Assembly: GCF_000008565.1 (NCBI RefSeq)
Contig: NC_001263.1
Location: 1,668,602-1,700,601, forward strand
Length of the DNA: 32,000 nt
Direction: 5' to 3'
Source: Deinococcus radiodurans R1 = ATCC 13939 = DSM 20539
GTDB lineage: Bacteria > Deinococcota > Deinococci > Deinococcales > Deinococcaceae
The number at the start of each line of letters is the position of its first letter. Within the stretch, counting starts at the first letter, position 1. The position numbers and the translations under genes were made by a program. Shown here one piece after another: positions 1-10,431 of the stretch. Under the pieces are notes generated by a model. It made no database searches and was not told the DNA's origin. It saw only the letters and a list, made by a program, of their open reading frames with translations.

Positions 1-227
1 CCTCAGCAACAGCGCCGCCCGAACTGGACCTGACCTTCTGGGAATTGCTGCTGCCTGCCGGTGCCCCAGCTCAGGCGTTTCAAGCCGGTTACCGCGAGGT
101 GCGGCCCTGGCCCGACCTGAACCCGCACCGGGCCGCCTGCCGCCTCATTTTGCTGGCACTGGAATCGGAAGGCACCCGCGACGCTGCGCAGTGGCTGGCT
201 CAACCGGCAGTTCTCGAGACGGCCTGA
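1..227 (+). CDS. Partial CDS: C-terminal 74 codons of an unidentified protein (the gene starts upstream of the window)
   Basis: The frame starting at nt 3 is open from the window edge to TGA 225-227, with G/C-ending codons throughout (...ELDLTFWELLLPAGAP...AQPAVLETA*). I recognise no family. It converges on the next gene with a 9-nt gap. Confidence 0.4.
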   Translation, partial: SATAPPELDLTFWELLLPAGAPAQAFQAGYREVRPWPDLNPHRAACRLILLALESEGTRDAAQWLAQPAVLETA

Positions 228-236
228 GTCTTCGCC

Positions 237-983
237 TTACTTACGCCGTTTTTCCGCCTGCACCATCGCCACGAACTGCGCCAGGCGGGGGGCACGGCCC
301 CAGCGTTTGCGGTCGCCGGCCACCCGCCAGACCCACTCCACGCCCATTTTGCGGGTCCATTCGGGGGCGAGCTGCGCGGTGCCAGCGAGCACGTCAATCA
401 CGCCGCCGCAGCCGATGGCGACTGGGGCGCGGTGAATCTGCTTCCAGTAGGCGTTGAAGATTTCCTGCCGCCCGGCGCCCATGCCTGTCAGCAACAGGTG
501 CGCGCCGCTGGCCCCGACGAGTTCGGCCACCCGCTGGTCTTCATCGGGGCCGAAATAGCCGTGGTGAACGCCTGCCACCTGAATCCCGTAATCGCGCACG
601 GCGTTTTGGGCGGCCTGCTCGGCCACACCCGGTTTGGACCCCAGGAAAAAGACCCGCAACTCGGGGCCGTGCCGCTCCATCAGCCCCTTGACCAGATCGA
701 AACCCGGCGCACGCGGCACCTCGGCGCCGTAGAGCTGCCGCGCGGCGTAGACGATGCCCACGCCGTCGGCAGTCACCAGATCGGCCTCCTGCATCGCCCG
801 CACGAACTCGGGCTGGGTGCGCGACTGCACGATGAATTCAGGGTTGAGGGTGACCACCGTGTGCGGGGTGGGCGGCGACTCGAACAGCCAGCCGCTCAGC
901 CGGTCCAGGGCGGCGTCCAGGGTCACGGGGTCGAGCGGCAAGTCGAAGAGAACCAGACGTTCGGGCAGGCTCTTGAGGCTCAT
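237..983 (-). CDS. WecB/TagA/CpsF-family glycosyltransferase
   Basis: 248-aa ORF with blocks typical of this family (VTLNPEF, ADLVTADGVGIV, FFLGSKPGVAE, VAGVHHGYF, LLLTGMGAGRQE, GCGGVIDVLAG). ATG at 983, TAA at 237-239. Confidence 0.85.
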   Translation of the reverse strand: MSLKSLPERLVLFDLPLDPVTLDAALDRLSGWLFESPPTPHTVVTLNPEFIVQSRTQPEFVRAMQEADLVTADGVGIVYAARQLYGAEVPRAPGFDLVKGLMERHGPELRVFFLGSKPGVAEQAAQNAVRDYGIQVAGVHHGYFGPDEDQRVAELVGASGAHLLLTGMGAGRQEIFNAYWKQIHRAPVAIGCGGVIDVLAGTAQLAPEWTRKMGVEWVWRVAGDRKRWGRAPRLAQFVAMVQAEKRRK

Positions 984-991
984 GTAGCGTG

Positions 992-997
992 ATTGTA
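992..997 (-). promoter_or_regulatory. -10 box TACAAT, 8 nt upstream of ATG 983 (leaderless-type promoter)
   Basis: The minus strand reads GGCTACAAT-CACGCTAC-ATG. There is no Shine-Dalgarno sequence. Confidence 0.4.
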
Positions 998-1059
998 GCC
1001 CGCAGCGCAGGTGCGACCTCCCGCCGCTGGGGGGCCTGCGCGGAGCACGGGGCTTGGGG

Positions 1060-1065
1060 CATACT
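1060..1065 (+). promoter_or_regulatory. -10-like CATACT, 7 nt upstream of ATG 1073 (leaderless-type promoter)
   Basis: GGGGCATACT-CTGGGGC-ATG. No SD. The geometry matches the other genes in this window. Confidence 0.3.
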
Positions 1066-1072
1066 CTGGGGC

Positions 1073-1768
1073 ATGTTGCCGGGTGCGTTCGGGACCTTGC
1101 CTGCCGAGGTGCAGGCGCAGCTCACGGTTGCCGGGCGCAGCGGGCGCTGGGCGCGCGGCGGGCTGATCTTTCACCCCGACGACCCCGCCGAGACCCTGCA
1201 CCTCGTCACGCGCGGCACGGTGCGGCTCTACCGCCTGGGCAGCGGCGCGCGCGAGGTCACCCTTGACGTGCACGGCCCCGGCGCCCTGCTCGGCACTCCG
1301 GCCCTGCTGCGCGACCCCGACAGCGCCGCCGCCTACGGCATGTACGCCGAGGCGATGGACGAGGTCGAAACGTTGCAACTCGGCCAGGGCACGCTGCACC
1401 GGCTTTTCCAGCAGCAGCCCGCCGCCCTGCTCGCACTGACCGAGCAGCTCACCCGGCAGACCCGCAGCGTGCAGGAACGCCTCGCCGGGCTGGTCTTTCT
1501 GGAAGTCTCGCAGCGCCTCGCCCTGGCCCTGCTGGCCCTCGCCGAGCGCGAAGGCGGTTGGGAGGGCGGCACGCTGGCGCTGCGCGACCGCATCTCGCAC
1601 CAGGACCTCGCGCACAGCGTGGGGAGCACCCGCGAAACCATCACCAAACTGCTCGGCGATTTCCGCACGCGCGGCTTGCTCGACCTCGGCTACCGCCGCA
1701 TCGTGCTTACCGACCGCGCGGGGCTGGAACAGGCGGCGCGGCAACCACTCGGGCCGCTCCAGCCCTGA
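1073..1768 (+). CDS. Crp/Fnr-family transcriptional regulator
   Basis: cNMP-binding beta-roll (LIFHPDDPAETLHLVTRGTVRLYRL...REVTLDVHGPGALLG) plus a C-terminal HTH (ISHQDLAHSVGSTRETITKLLGDFRTRGLL). I moved the start from the track's 989 to the in-frame ATG 1073 because of the -10 geometry. Confidence 0.85.
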   Translation: MLPGAFGTLPAEVQAQLTVAGRSGRWARGGLIFHPDDPAETLHLVTRGTVRLYRLGSGAREVTLDVHGPGALLGTPALLRDPDSAAAYGMYAEAMDEVETLQLGQGTLHRLFQQQPAALLALTEQLTRQTRSVQERLAGLVFLEVSQRLALALLALAEREGGWEGGTLALRDRISHQDLAHSVGSTRETITKLLGDFRTRGLLDLGYRRIVLTDRAGLEQAARQPLGPLQP

Positions 1769-1855
1769 ACCCTGCCCGGCGGGGTGCATCCGTAAGGAAG
1801 AAACGAGGCTGCAAACCACGTTTCACCGCGTCAAATGTATTAGGGTGACGCCTGC

Positions 1856-3417
1856 ATGGGGCGGAACGTAGCGGCGGAATACAACAAAGGCACCTTGGGC
1901 GAGTTTCTCCGCCTCTCGCCGCGAGACGTGCAGCAGGCGCGGGCCGAGCGGCGCCCTGAGCTTGACCGGGTGGCCCTGGCCGCTGCCCTGCGCGAATACC
2001 ACCGCGACCTGGGCACGCTGGACGCGGGCGTCGAGGCATTGCTGACGCGGCTCTCCCACCCCGAATCGCGCGTCGTTGTGACTGGGCAGCAGGCCGGCCT
2101 GCTCACCGGCCCCGCCTACAGCGTCCACAAGGGCGCGGGCGCGGCACTTCTCGCCCGGCAACTCGATGAGGAAGACACCCCGGTGGTCGCCGTGTACTGG
2201 GTCGCCAGTCAGGACCACGACGCCGAGGAAGTCGCCAGCACCACGCTGCTCGACCTCAACGAAGACCTGCACCGCCTGACCCTCGACGTGCCGCCCGGCG
2301 TGCCGGTGGGCCGGGTGACGTGGCGCGAGGAGTGGACCGCCGAGGTGCTGGCGCTGCTTGACCGCTTCGAAGCTCCCACCGAGTACAAGGACGCCGTTCG
2401 CGCACGGATAGAGCGGGCCATCGCGGGCGGCGAGCGCCACAGCTACGCCGACGTGTTCGCCCGCCTCGTTCATGGGCTGCTCGCCCCCGCCGGGCTGCTG
2501 GTCCTCGACCCGCTGCACCCCGCGCTCGCCCGGCTGATGGCCCCGGCGCTTGCGCGCGAGCTTGAGCAGCCGCTCGCTTCCTCGGCGCGCATCGAGGACG
2601 CTGCCGAGCGTCTCAGCGCTGCCGGGTTCACGCCGCAACTGCGCCGCCCGGCGGGCGCGACCAATCTGTTTGTCGAGGAAGACGACAGCCAGCGCCGCCT
2701 GCTGCGCTTCGATGGGCAGAGCTTCAGCACCGAGACGCACCGGTATACCCGCGCCGACCTGCTTGCGCTGCTGAATGCCGACCCCTCCCGTCTGACCCCC
2801 GCCGCAGGCTGCGCCCGGCGATTCAGGACACGCTGCTGCCCACCCTCGCCTTCGTCGTCGGCCCCGGCGAAATCGCGTATGGAGCGCAACTCAAAAACGT
2901 GTACCCGCTGCACGGCTTGCAACAACCCCTACTGTGGCCGCGCCTGAGCGTGACCTGGCTGGAACCCAATGTCGCCCGCTTGCTGCGCCGCCTCCGCGCC
3001 AGCGTCGCCGAGGTGCAGGCCGACCCGGCGGGCGTGCTGGGCCGCGCCCTGGCCGCCGAGCGGGACGCCGGGGCCGTGAGTGCCGAACGCCTTCAGAGCA
3101 TCGAGGCCGAGCTGGAGCGGCTCATCGGCGACCTCGCGGCCCTCGACCCCACCCTGGTCGGTGCTGCCGAGCGCACCCGCAAACGGGCCCTGCCGCGCGT
3201 CGCGCACCTTCAGCGCCTCGCCGTGAATGCCCTCGCCCGCGCCGAAAATGAGCGCAGCGGTCAGCTCACCCGTCTGCAAAAGCACCTGCTGCCCAACGGC
3301 ACGCCCCAGGAACGTGAAATGAACTTCCTGACTTACCTGCTCAAGCACGGCGACACCCCGCTCCGGCAACTGCTGGCGCTGGACGCGGGGTTCGTAGGAG
3401 AAGTCGAGATTCCGTAA
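1856..3417 (+). pseudogene. bshC: Bacillithiol biosynthesis cysteine-adding enzyme BshC, interrupted by a 1-nt frameshift near 2807-2809
   Basis: Track ORFs 1856-2947 and 2899-3417 are the two halves of one BshC-like protein. The N-terminal half has VVTGQQAGLLTGPAYSVHKG. After the shift the frame reads [30 protein letters not shown], which aligns with B. subtilis BshC ([24 protein letters not shown], recalled from memory). Codon phase changes from position-mod-3 = 2 to 1 between 2795 and 2809, which fits one missing base. It could be a genuine mutation or a sequencing error. Confidence 0.75.
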
Positions 3418-3436
3418 TCATCCTCTCCCCCGACGT

Positions 3437-3578
3437 CTGATACGGTTTCAAATTGAGTCCCGGAGATGTCCGGGCGCAATTTTGCGCGGAGCGCATGGAA
3501 AAAATACGGTTTTAAGGCGATGGACGGGCATCCGGCGCCTTTCCGGATGTTCGGGAATCGGATTCAAACCGTATGACG
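3437..3578. repeat. Hairpin-rich MITE/SNR-like intergenic element A with terminal inverted repeats
   Basis: Arms GATACGGTTTCAAAT (3439-3453) and ATTCAAACCGTATG (3562-3575) share a perfect 9-bp core ATACGGTTT/AAACCGTAT. Internal stem-loops are CCCGGA-GATG-TCCGGG (3459-3474) and CATCCGG-N7-CCGGATG (3529-3549). A third ATACGGTTTT copy lies at 3504-3513. GC is visibly lower than in the flanking genes. Confidence 0.4.
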
Positions 3579-3653
3579 CATTTGACAAAAAGAGGGCACA
3601 GCTTTTTGGTGAGCGCACTCGGAGAACTGCTCCAGGGCGAGGGATCGTCCCGA

Positions 3654-3730
3654 CTCATACGGAGCTGAGTGCGCGGAAGAGATGGCGGCGCTTTTCCGAC
3701 TTCTCTGAAGAAGAGTTCAGCTCCGTATCA
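3654..3730. repeat. MITE/SNR-like element B with 12-bp perfect terminal inverted repeats
   Basis: ATACGGAGCTGA (3657-3668) pairs with TCAGCTCCGTAT (3717-3728). The termini TCATACGG...CCGTATCA resemble those of element A (TGATACGG...CCGTATGA). The right arm overlaps the stop codon of the ABC ATPase gene (3728-3730). Confidence 0.4.
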
Positions 3731-4525
3731 GTGCCCCAGAATCTTGCTGAGGAACTGCCGCGCCCGCTCGTGTTGCGGGTTCTGGTAGAAGGCCTCGGGC
3801 GTCGTGTCCTCCACGATGTTGCCCTGGTCGAAGAACAGGATGCGGTCGGCCACTTCGCGGGCAAAGCCCATTTCGTGAGTGACGACCAGCATGGTCATGC
3901 CGGTGCGGGCGAGTTCCTTCATCACGTCAAGGACTTCCTTGATCATCTCGGGGTCGAGGGCCGAGGTCGGCTCGTCGAACAGCATGATCTTGGGTTCCAT
4001 CGCCAGAGCGCGGGCAATGGCGACGCGCTGCTGTTGCCCGCCCGAAAGCTGCGCGGGGAACTTGTAGGCCTGCTCCTCGATGCCCACGCGCCGCAGCAAA
4101 TCCAGGCCGCGCGCCTGCGCCTGCGCCTTGTCCACGCCGCGCACACGGGTGGGGGCCAGGGTGATGTTGTCGAGCACCGTCAGGTGGGGAAACAGGTTGA
4201 ACGACTGAAAGACCATGCCGACCTCGCGGCGAATGGCATCGAGGTTGCGGGCGCCCTGAAGCGGCAGGCCATCCACCGTAATGGAGCCGCCGTCGTGGGG
4301 GTCGAGCGCATTGATGGTGCGGATAAAGGTGCTTTTGCCGCTGCCCGACGGCCCGATGATGACGACCACTTCACCCTGGCGCACGGTCAGGTTGACGCCG
4401 CGCAGGGCGTGAAAGGTGCCGAAGTGCTTCTGCACGTTCTGCGCCACGATGATCGGCTCGCCCACCGTGCGGGCAGAGACGGCCACCGCGCCGGCAGCGG
4501 GGTCAGAGGAAAGGGGAGCAGTCAT
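3728..4525 (-). CDS. Polar amino-acid ABC transporter ATP-binding protein (GlnQ/HisP-like)
   Basis: 265 aa with Walker [13 protein letters not shown] signature [15 protein letters not shown], Walker [13 protein letters not shown], and an H-loop in VVTHEMGFA. Confidence 0.92.
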   Translation of the reverse strand: MTAPLSSDPAAGAVAVSARTVGEPIIVAQNVQKHFGTFHALRGVNLTVRQGEVVVIIGPSGSGKSTFIRTINALDPHDGGSITVDGLPLQGARNLDAIRREVGMVFQSFNLFPHLTVLDNITLAPTRVRGVDKAQAQARGLDLLRRVGIEEQAYKFPAQLSGGQQQRVAIARALAMEPKIMLFDEPTSALDPEMIKEVLDVMKELARTGMTMLVVTHEMGFAREVADRILFFDQGNIVEDTTPEAFYQNPQHERARQFLSKILGH

Positions 4526-4532
4526 GGGCGGG

Positions 4533-4538
4533 ATTCTA
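4533..4538 (-). promoter_or_regulatory. -10 box TAGAAT, 7 nt upstream of ATG 4525 (leaderless-type promoter)
   Basis: The minus strand reads CTTTAGAAT-CCCGCCC-ATG. No SD. Confidence 0.45.
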
Positions 4539-4746
4539 AAGCGTTGCCGGGGCAGCGTTGCTGGGGCGAGGCCACCCGGCGGCCTGACTTTGCAGACGAA
4601 AACCCTTCGCTGGCAGCGCTTCCAGCATCATCAGGCCGCTGTGCTAGCATCGGCGGCGACCACACCCCAGGATACGTCCCAGCGCAACCGACCCGGCCCC
4701 CGGCCCCGACTGCCCTGTGCGTGCCCTGTCTTCAACGGAGGAACCC

Positions 4747-5706
<960 letters not shown>

Positions 5707-5754
5707 GGTCTAACCGTCTGAGGGCCTCACTGTCTTAGAATGCCCTCTTCCACC

Positions 5755-5791
5755 GGGCCAGTCCCTTTTGTTTCGAGACTGGCCCTTTTTT
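5755..5791 (+). terminator. Intrinsic terminator/attenuator between the TRAP binding-protein and permease genes
   Basis: GGGCCAGTC (5755-5763), a 13-nt loop, GACTGGCCC (5777-5785), then TTTTTT (5786-5791). Confidence 0.7.
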
Positions 5792-5814
5792 CTTCCCCCA
5801 AGCATGAGGACAGT

Positions 5815-6363
5815 ATGAGTGATCCCACCAAACCGATTTCATCCGACCCCGCGCTGTCGCCGCCCGGCCAGGAGATGACCGAGGGCGAGCGCCGCGCCCT
5901 GGAAATGGTCGAAGCCGCCGAGACGGGCGGGCGCAAGCTCCTCGGCTGGCAGGCCGGCCTGGTCACGACCATCGCCGTCGCGTGGTGCCTGTTTCAGATG
6001 TACGCCGCCTGGAACGGCACGCTGGTGCCGACCACCCTGCGGGCGATTCACCTCGCCTTCGCTTTTGCGCTCGCCTTTCTGGTCTTTCCCTTCCGCAAGA
6101 CGCCAGGGCGCCCGCAGGTCGGGATTCCCTGGGGCGACTGGTTACTGGGGCTGCTGGCGACTGGGAGCGCCGCCTACTTCGTTATCGAGTACGCCAACAT
6201 CGCCGCCAACGGGGGAATCCGCGACGGGGTGCCCGCCGACTTGTGGGCTGGGAGCGCGCTGGTCGTGATGCTGCTGCTCGCGGCGTGGCGCACCATCGGG
6301 ATTGCCATGCCGCTGATTTCCACGGCTTTTATCCTCTTCGCCTTCATGGGCGCCAAGGGACTC
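5815..6363 (+). pseudogene. TRAP transporter fused (4TM/12TM) permease, 5' fragment truncated by the IS insertion
   Basis: GAGGA (5806-5810) then ATG 5815. The product is a hydrophobic TM-rich N-terminus (LVTTIAVAWCLFQMYAAW...LAFAFALAFLVFPF...). The frame runs into the IS at 6364 and stops at 6430-6432. Confidence 0.85.
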
Positions 6364-6594
6364 TTGAACCTCACACGACTAAAGTCGCGTGATTCTCACT
6401 TCGCAGACCATTGCCCGCCGAAGCAGGTCTGACATAGCCTCCATGAGCGTTTAAGGTGTCTGAGATTCCCGCAGCCACCAACGCTTCACGCCGAATGTTC
6501 AGCGCAGCGTTCTCGTCTCGGTCATGGGTTTCCCCACAGTTCGGGCAAGTCCATGTACGGACGGCAAGATTCTTCACTTCGGGATTCTTGAATC
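6348..6594 (-). ncRNA. TnpB guide RNA (omega RNA / reRNA): scaffold from the tnpB 3' end and IS right end, plus a 16-nt guide from flanking host DNA
   Basis: The minus strand ends ...CAGACCTGCTTCGGCGGGCAATGGTCTGCGAAGTGAGAATCACGCGACTTTAGTCGTGTGAGGTTCAA|GAGTCCCTTGGCGCCC. It contains a UUCG-capped helix inside CAGACC/GGTCTG and the right-end hairpin. This matches my memory of the published ISDra2 scaffold. The scaffold/guide junction is at the IS end (6364/6363), with the 16-nt guide running to 6348. The 5' end (231-nt scaffold assumed) is uncertain. Confidence 0.75.
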
Positions 6595-7597
6595 CGCAGT
6601 CATGACACAACTGGCTAGATGGAAAGTAGGGGCTGACTTTAGATACCAGTCGCCCGTACCACGCTGCCTTGTATTCCAACTGCCGGATGAACTCACCCCA
6701 GCCCGCATCACTGATGCTCAGTGCAAGGCGGCGATTTTTCCGCATGTTGTCGGGTTTAAGGTGTTCGGTTCCGATGATTTCGTACTCACGCACCAGGGAG
6801 GTGGTGAGCTTGTGAAGGAAATCCTGACGCTTATTGACAATGCGCTTGTGAATCCGAGCCAGCTTGGTTTTCGCTTTCCCGTAACGTGCGCTGCCCTTCT
6901 TCCGTCTGGACAGGGTTTGCTGAGCTTTACGAAGTCTTTTCAGGGTGGAGCGGTAATATTTCGGATTCTGTTCATGCTTAAACCTCACGCCATCGGTCAC
7001 GATGGCAAAATCCTTGATGCCGACATCCACACCCGCTGCAAACTTGGGAGCCGCAGGCAGGTAGGGAATCTCGACTTCACAGAGAACGGACGCTTCGTAA
7101 TGGCCTTCGTGAATACGGCGCACAGTGACATTCAGAATCTTCCCTTGAATATCCTGCTGGCCCTTGGTTTTCACCCATCCCAGCTTAGGAAGTTTGAGCC
7201 TACCTTCCCCAATTTGGATGTTGTTGTTGGTGAATTGAGTCCGGTAGGACTCTCCCGTGCGCTTCTTTCTGAAACGTGGGAATCCTACCTTTTTACCGGA
7301 CTGCTTCACAGTCCGAAAGAAGTTCTTGTACGCGGTCTCAAGGTTTTTCAGCGAGTTCTGCAAAGCAAACTTATCTACTTCCGAGAGCCAGGAGGTTTCT
7401 TCAGCCTGCTTCAGAAGGGTCAGTTCGCTACTCGTTTGCCCGTAGGTCAGTCCCTTCCCGCTTTCCTTGTAGGCCGCAATGCGACGGGCAAGGAAGTGGT
7501 TGTAGACGAACCTTGCGCTACCCAGCGTGCGGTTAATCAGTTCAGTCTGAGCCGCATTTGGGTACAGCCTGACCACGAAAGCCTTATTCCTTATCAT
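6371..7597 (-). CDS. tnpB: TnpB, RuvC-type RNA-guided DNA endonuclease (OrfB_IS605 / Cas12 ancestor)
   Basis: 408 aa. By direct count the RuvC triad is D191 ([10 protein letters not shown]), E278 (IIGTEHL) and D361 ([12 protein letters not shown]). Zinc-finger cysteines are at C331/C334 and C351/C354. The N-terminus [14 protein letters not shown] is as in ISDra2 TnpB. Confidence 0.97.
6372..6391 (-). repeat. Right-end subterminal imperfect palindrome (TnpA recognition hairpin)
   Basis: Minus strand CACGCGAC-TTTA-GTCGTGTG: an 8-bp stem with one G.T mismatch at position 4. Its foot lies 8 nt from the right-end cleavage point. Confidence 0.75.
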
Positions 7598-8006
7598 GCT
7601 GGCTCTCTATGTATTTCTGAATCTGAGCGCGGGTGTTTTCAGAAACAGTCAGGATGCAATACGACGGGTTCCAGAGATTGCCGCCCCACAGCTTTTCTTT
7701 CAACTGCGGGTAGGCCACGAACATCCGACGTGCGGAAGCGCCTTTCAGCGCCTTCACGAAGTCGGGGATGGCTTGCTGTGGGGTTGCGCTTAGCAGGAGG
7801 TGAACGTGGTCAGGCATGACTTCCATCGTGATGACTTCCAGCCCGTTCTGAGCGGCAATGTCACGCAGGATGTCTTTCAGTCCATCAGCAACCTCACCCA
7901 CCAACACCTGATGACGGTATTTCACGCACCAGATGAGGTGGTATTCAAGCTGATAGACGTAACCCCGGCCTTTCTTCATCTCAAGGGGAAGAATAACATA
8001 TGTCAT
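7584..8006 (-). CDS. tnpA: TnpA, IS200/IS605 Y1 HUH single-strand DNA transposase
   Basis: 140 aa with the HUH motif H67-V-H69 (PDHVHLLL) and catalytic Tyr132 (QKYIESQ). It overlaps the tnpB start by 14 nt (7584-7597). Confidence 0.97.
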
Positions 8007-8012
8007 CTGGAA

Positions 8013-8018
8013 AAGCTA
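8013..8018 (-). promoter_or_regulatory. Possible -10 box TAGCTT, 6 nt upstream of tnpA ATG 8006
   Basis: Minus strand CTCTAGCTT-TTCCAG-ATG. It fits TANNNT and the leaderless spacing seen elsewhere in the window. Confidence 0.3.
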
Positions 8019-8063
8019 GAGGCTTCCGCTTTTCATCGCCCTTTTCAGGGCGAGAGGGGCTAA

Positions 8064-8083
8064 CTCATGACTGAAGTCACGAG
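8064..8083 (-). repeat. Left-end subterminal imperfect palindrome (TnpA recognition hairpin)
   Basis: Minus strand CTCGTGAC-TTCA-GTCATGAG: an 8-bp stem with a G.T mismatch at the same position as the right-end hairpin. It lies 16 nt inside the left-end cleavage site. Confidence 0.7.
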
Positions 8084-8099
8084 TGTGCGCCCCTCAAGC

Positions 8100-9674
<1,575 letters not shown>

Positions 9675-9789
9675 GCGCCTGCTCTCTACGCCCGTTTCCC
9701 TGACCGGAGATGGGCGCATTTGTATTGTCCTCACGTTTGTTCAAGCTTTCATCACTTCAGGGTCAGTTTCGGGGTGCAGAGTGAGAGGC

Positions 9790-10329
9790 ATGAAAAAGAT
9801 TCTTCTGGCAAGTGTGGCCGGCGCGGGTCTGCTGGCGAGTTGTGGCGGCGTGCTGACTGCTGACCCGGTGACGAACCTCGCCGTGAGCAGCTACAGCACC
9901 GATTGGCAGCTGAACAGCGACGTGCGCGATCAAAACGGACAGGTCATCCCCAAGGGGACCTACCTGATCTGCGACAACAAGAACACCAAGATGCAAGTCG
10001 GTGTGACCTTCCAGGGAGGGTTGCAGCAACTCGCCCTCCAGTTCAAGGGCTACAACACCGGCACCACCAAGACGGTGGCCACCAACCCCCTGAACGCCAC
10101 CAACTCCTCGGGCAGCGGCACCTACGAGTACACCTTCGGTCCCAACACCGCCCCCCTGAGCGTGGGCGGCGGCAACCTGAGTGCTCAGGCCATTATCGTC
10201 AACCCCATCACCAACGTGACTGTCAAGGGCTATACCTACGTGCGCGTTCAGGGTTATGACCTGGCTGGCAATGCCAGCAACGTCGCCACCAGCCCCACGG
10301 CTATTCCTGTCGCCGACTGCGCCAGCTAA
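9790..10329 (+). CDS. Hypothetical lipoprotein (Thr/Asn/Gly-rich, probably beta-rich)
   Basis: GAGAGG (9783-9788) then ATG 9790. Signal peptide with lipobox MKKILLASVAGAGLLAS-C-GG. No family recognised. Confidence 0.65.
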   Translation: MKKILLASVAGAGLLASCGGVLTADPVTNLAVSSYSTDWQLNSDVRDQNGQVIPKGTYLICDNKNTKMQVGVTFQGGLQQLALQFKGYNTGTTKTVATNPLNATNSSGSGTYEYTFGPNTAPLSVGGGNLSAQAIIVNPITNVTVKGYTYVRVQGYDLAGNASNVATSPTAIPVADCAS

Positions 10330-10347
10330 AGACACCGACGCTGAAGG

Positions 10348-10375
10348 GCCTTCCCCACCGGGAGGCTCTTTTTTT
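10348..10375 (+). terminator. Intrinsic terminator after the lipoprotein gene
   Basis: GCCT(T)CCC pairs with GGGAGGC (10348-10366, one bulge, 4-nt loop), followed by TCTTTTTTT. Confidence 0.7.
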
Positions 10376-10415
10376 GGCATCCGTCCCTATAGTTGATAAA
10401 AATACTCAACTTATC

Positions 10416-10424
10416 TGCTATACT
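10416..10424 (+). promoter_or_regulatory. Extended -10 TGcTATACT, 7 nt upstream of ATG 10432 (leaderless-type promoter)
   Basis: TTGATA (10393-10398) lies 20 nt upstream. Then TGCTATACT-CCGACGC-ATG. No SD. Confidence 0.5.
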
Positions 10425-10431
10425 CCGACGC

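Larger units (their letters stand above)
6364..8099 (-). mobile_element. IS200/IS605-family insertion sequence, ISDra2-type (1,736 bp), tnpA-tnpB, inserted 3' of TTGAT
   Basis: The left end abuts TTGAT (minus strand, 8104-8100) and the right end terminates in GGTTCAA at 6364. Joining 6363 to 8100 restores the host ORF in frame. There are no terminal inverted repeats and no target duplication, but subterminal hairpins are present. About 52% GC on one sampled 60-nt line (7201) against about 75% on a host-gene line (12421). The length equals the ISDra2 length as I remember it. Confidence 0.88.

Noticed and set aside
6524-7819. 431-codon plus-strand ORF antisense to tnpB/tnpA, surprisingly long for a ~50% GC region
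   Set aside because: It is codon-aligned with tnpB (same triplet phase). It therefore stays open simply because tnpB lacks TTA, CTA and TCA codons over that span. The translation is low-complexity and has no start signals, while the minus-strand genes are unambiguous.
7996-8003. Palindrome ACATATGT at the tnpA start as a radiation/desiccation response motif (RDRM)
   Set aside because: It is only 8 bp and lacks the 17-bp TTATGT-N5-ACATAA-type dyad. I found no convincing RDRM anywhere in the window by eye.
8036-8053. Hairpin TCGCCC-TTTTCA-GGGCGA as the IS left-end TnpA binding site
   Set aside because: The hairpin at 8064-8083 matches the right-end hairpin in stem length, loop size and position of the G.T mismatch, so it is the better candidate. 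8036-8053 may be a 5'-UTR or promoter-proximal structure of tnpA.
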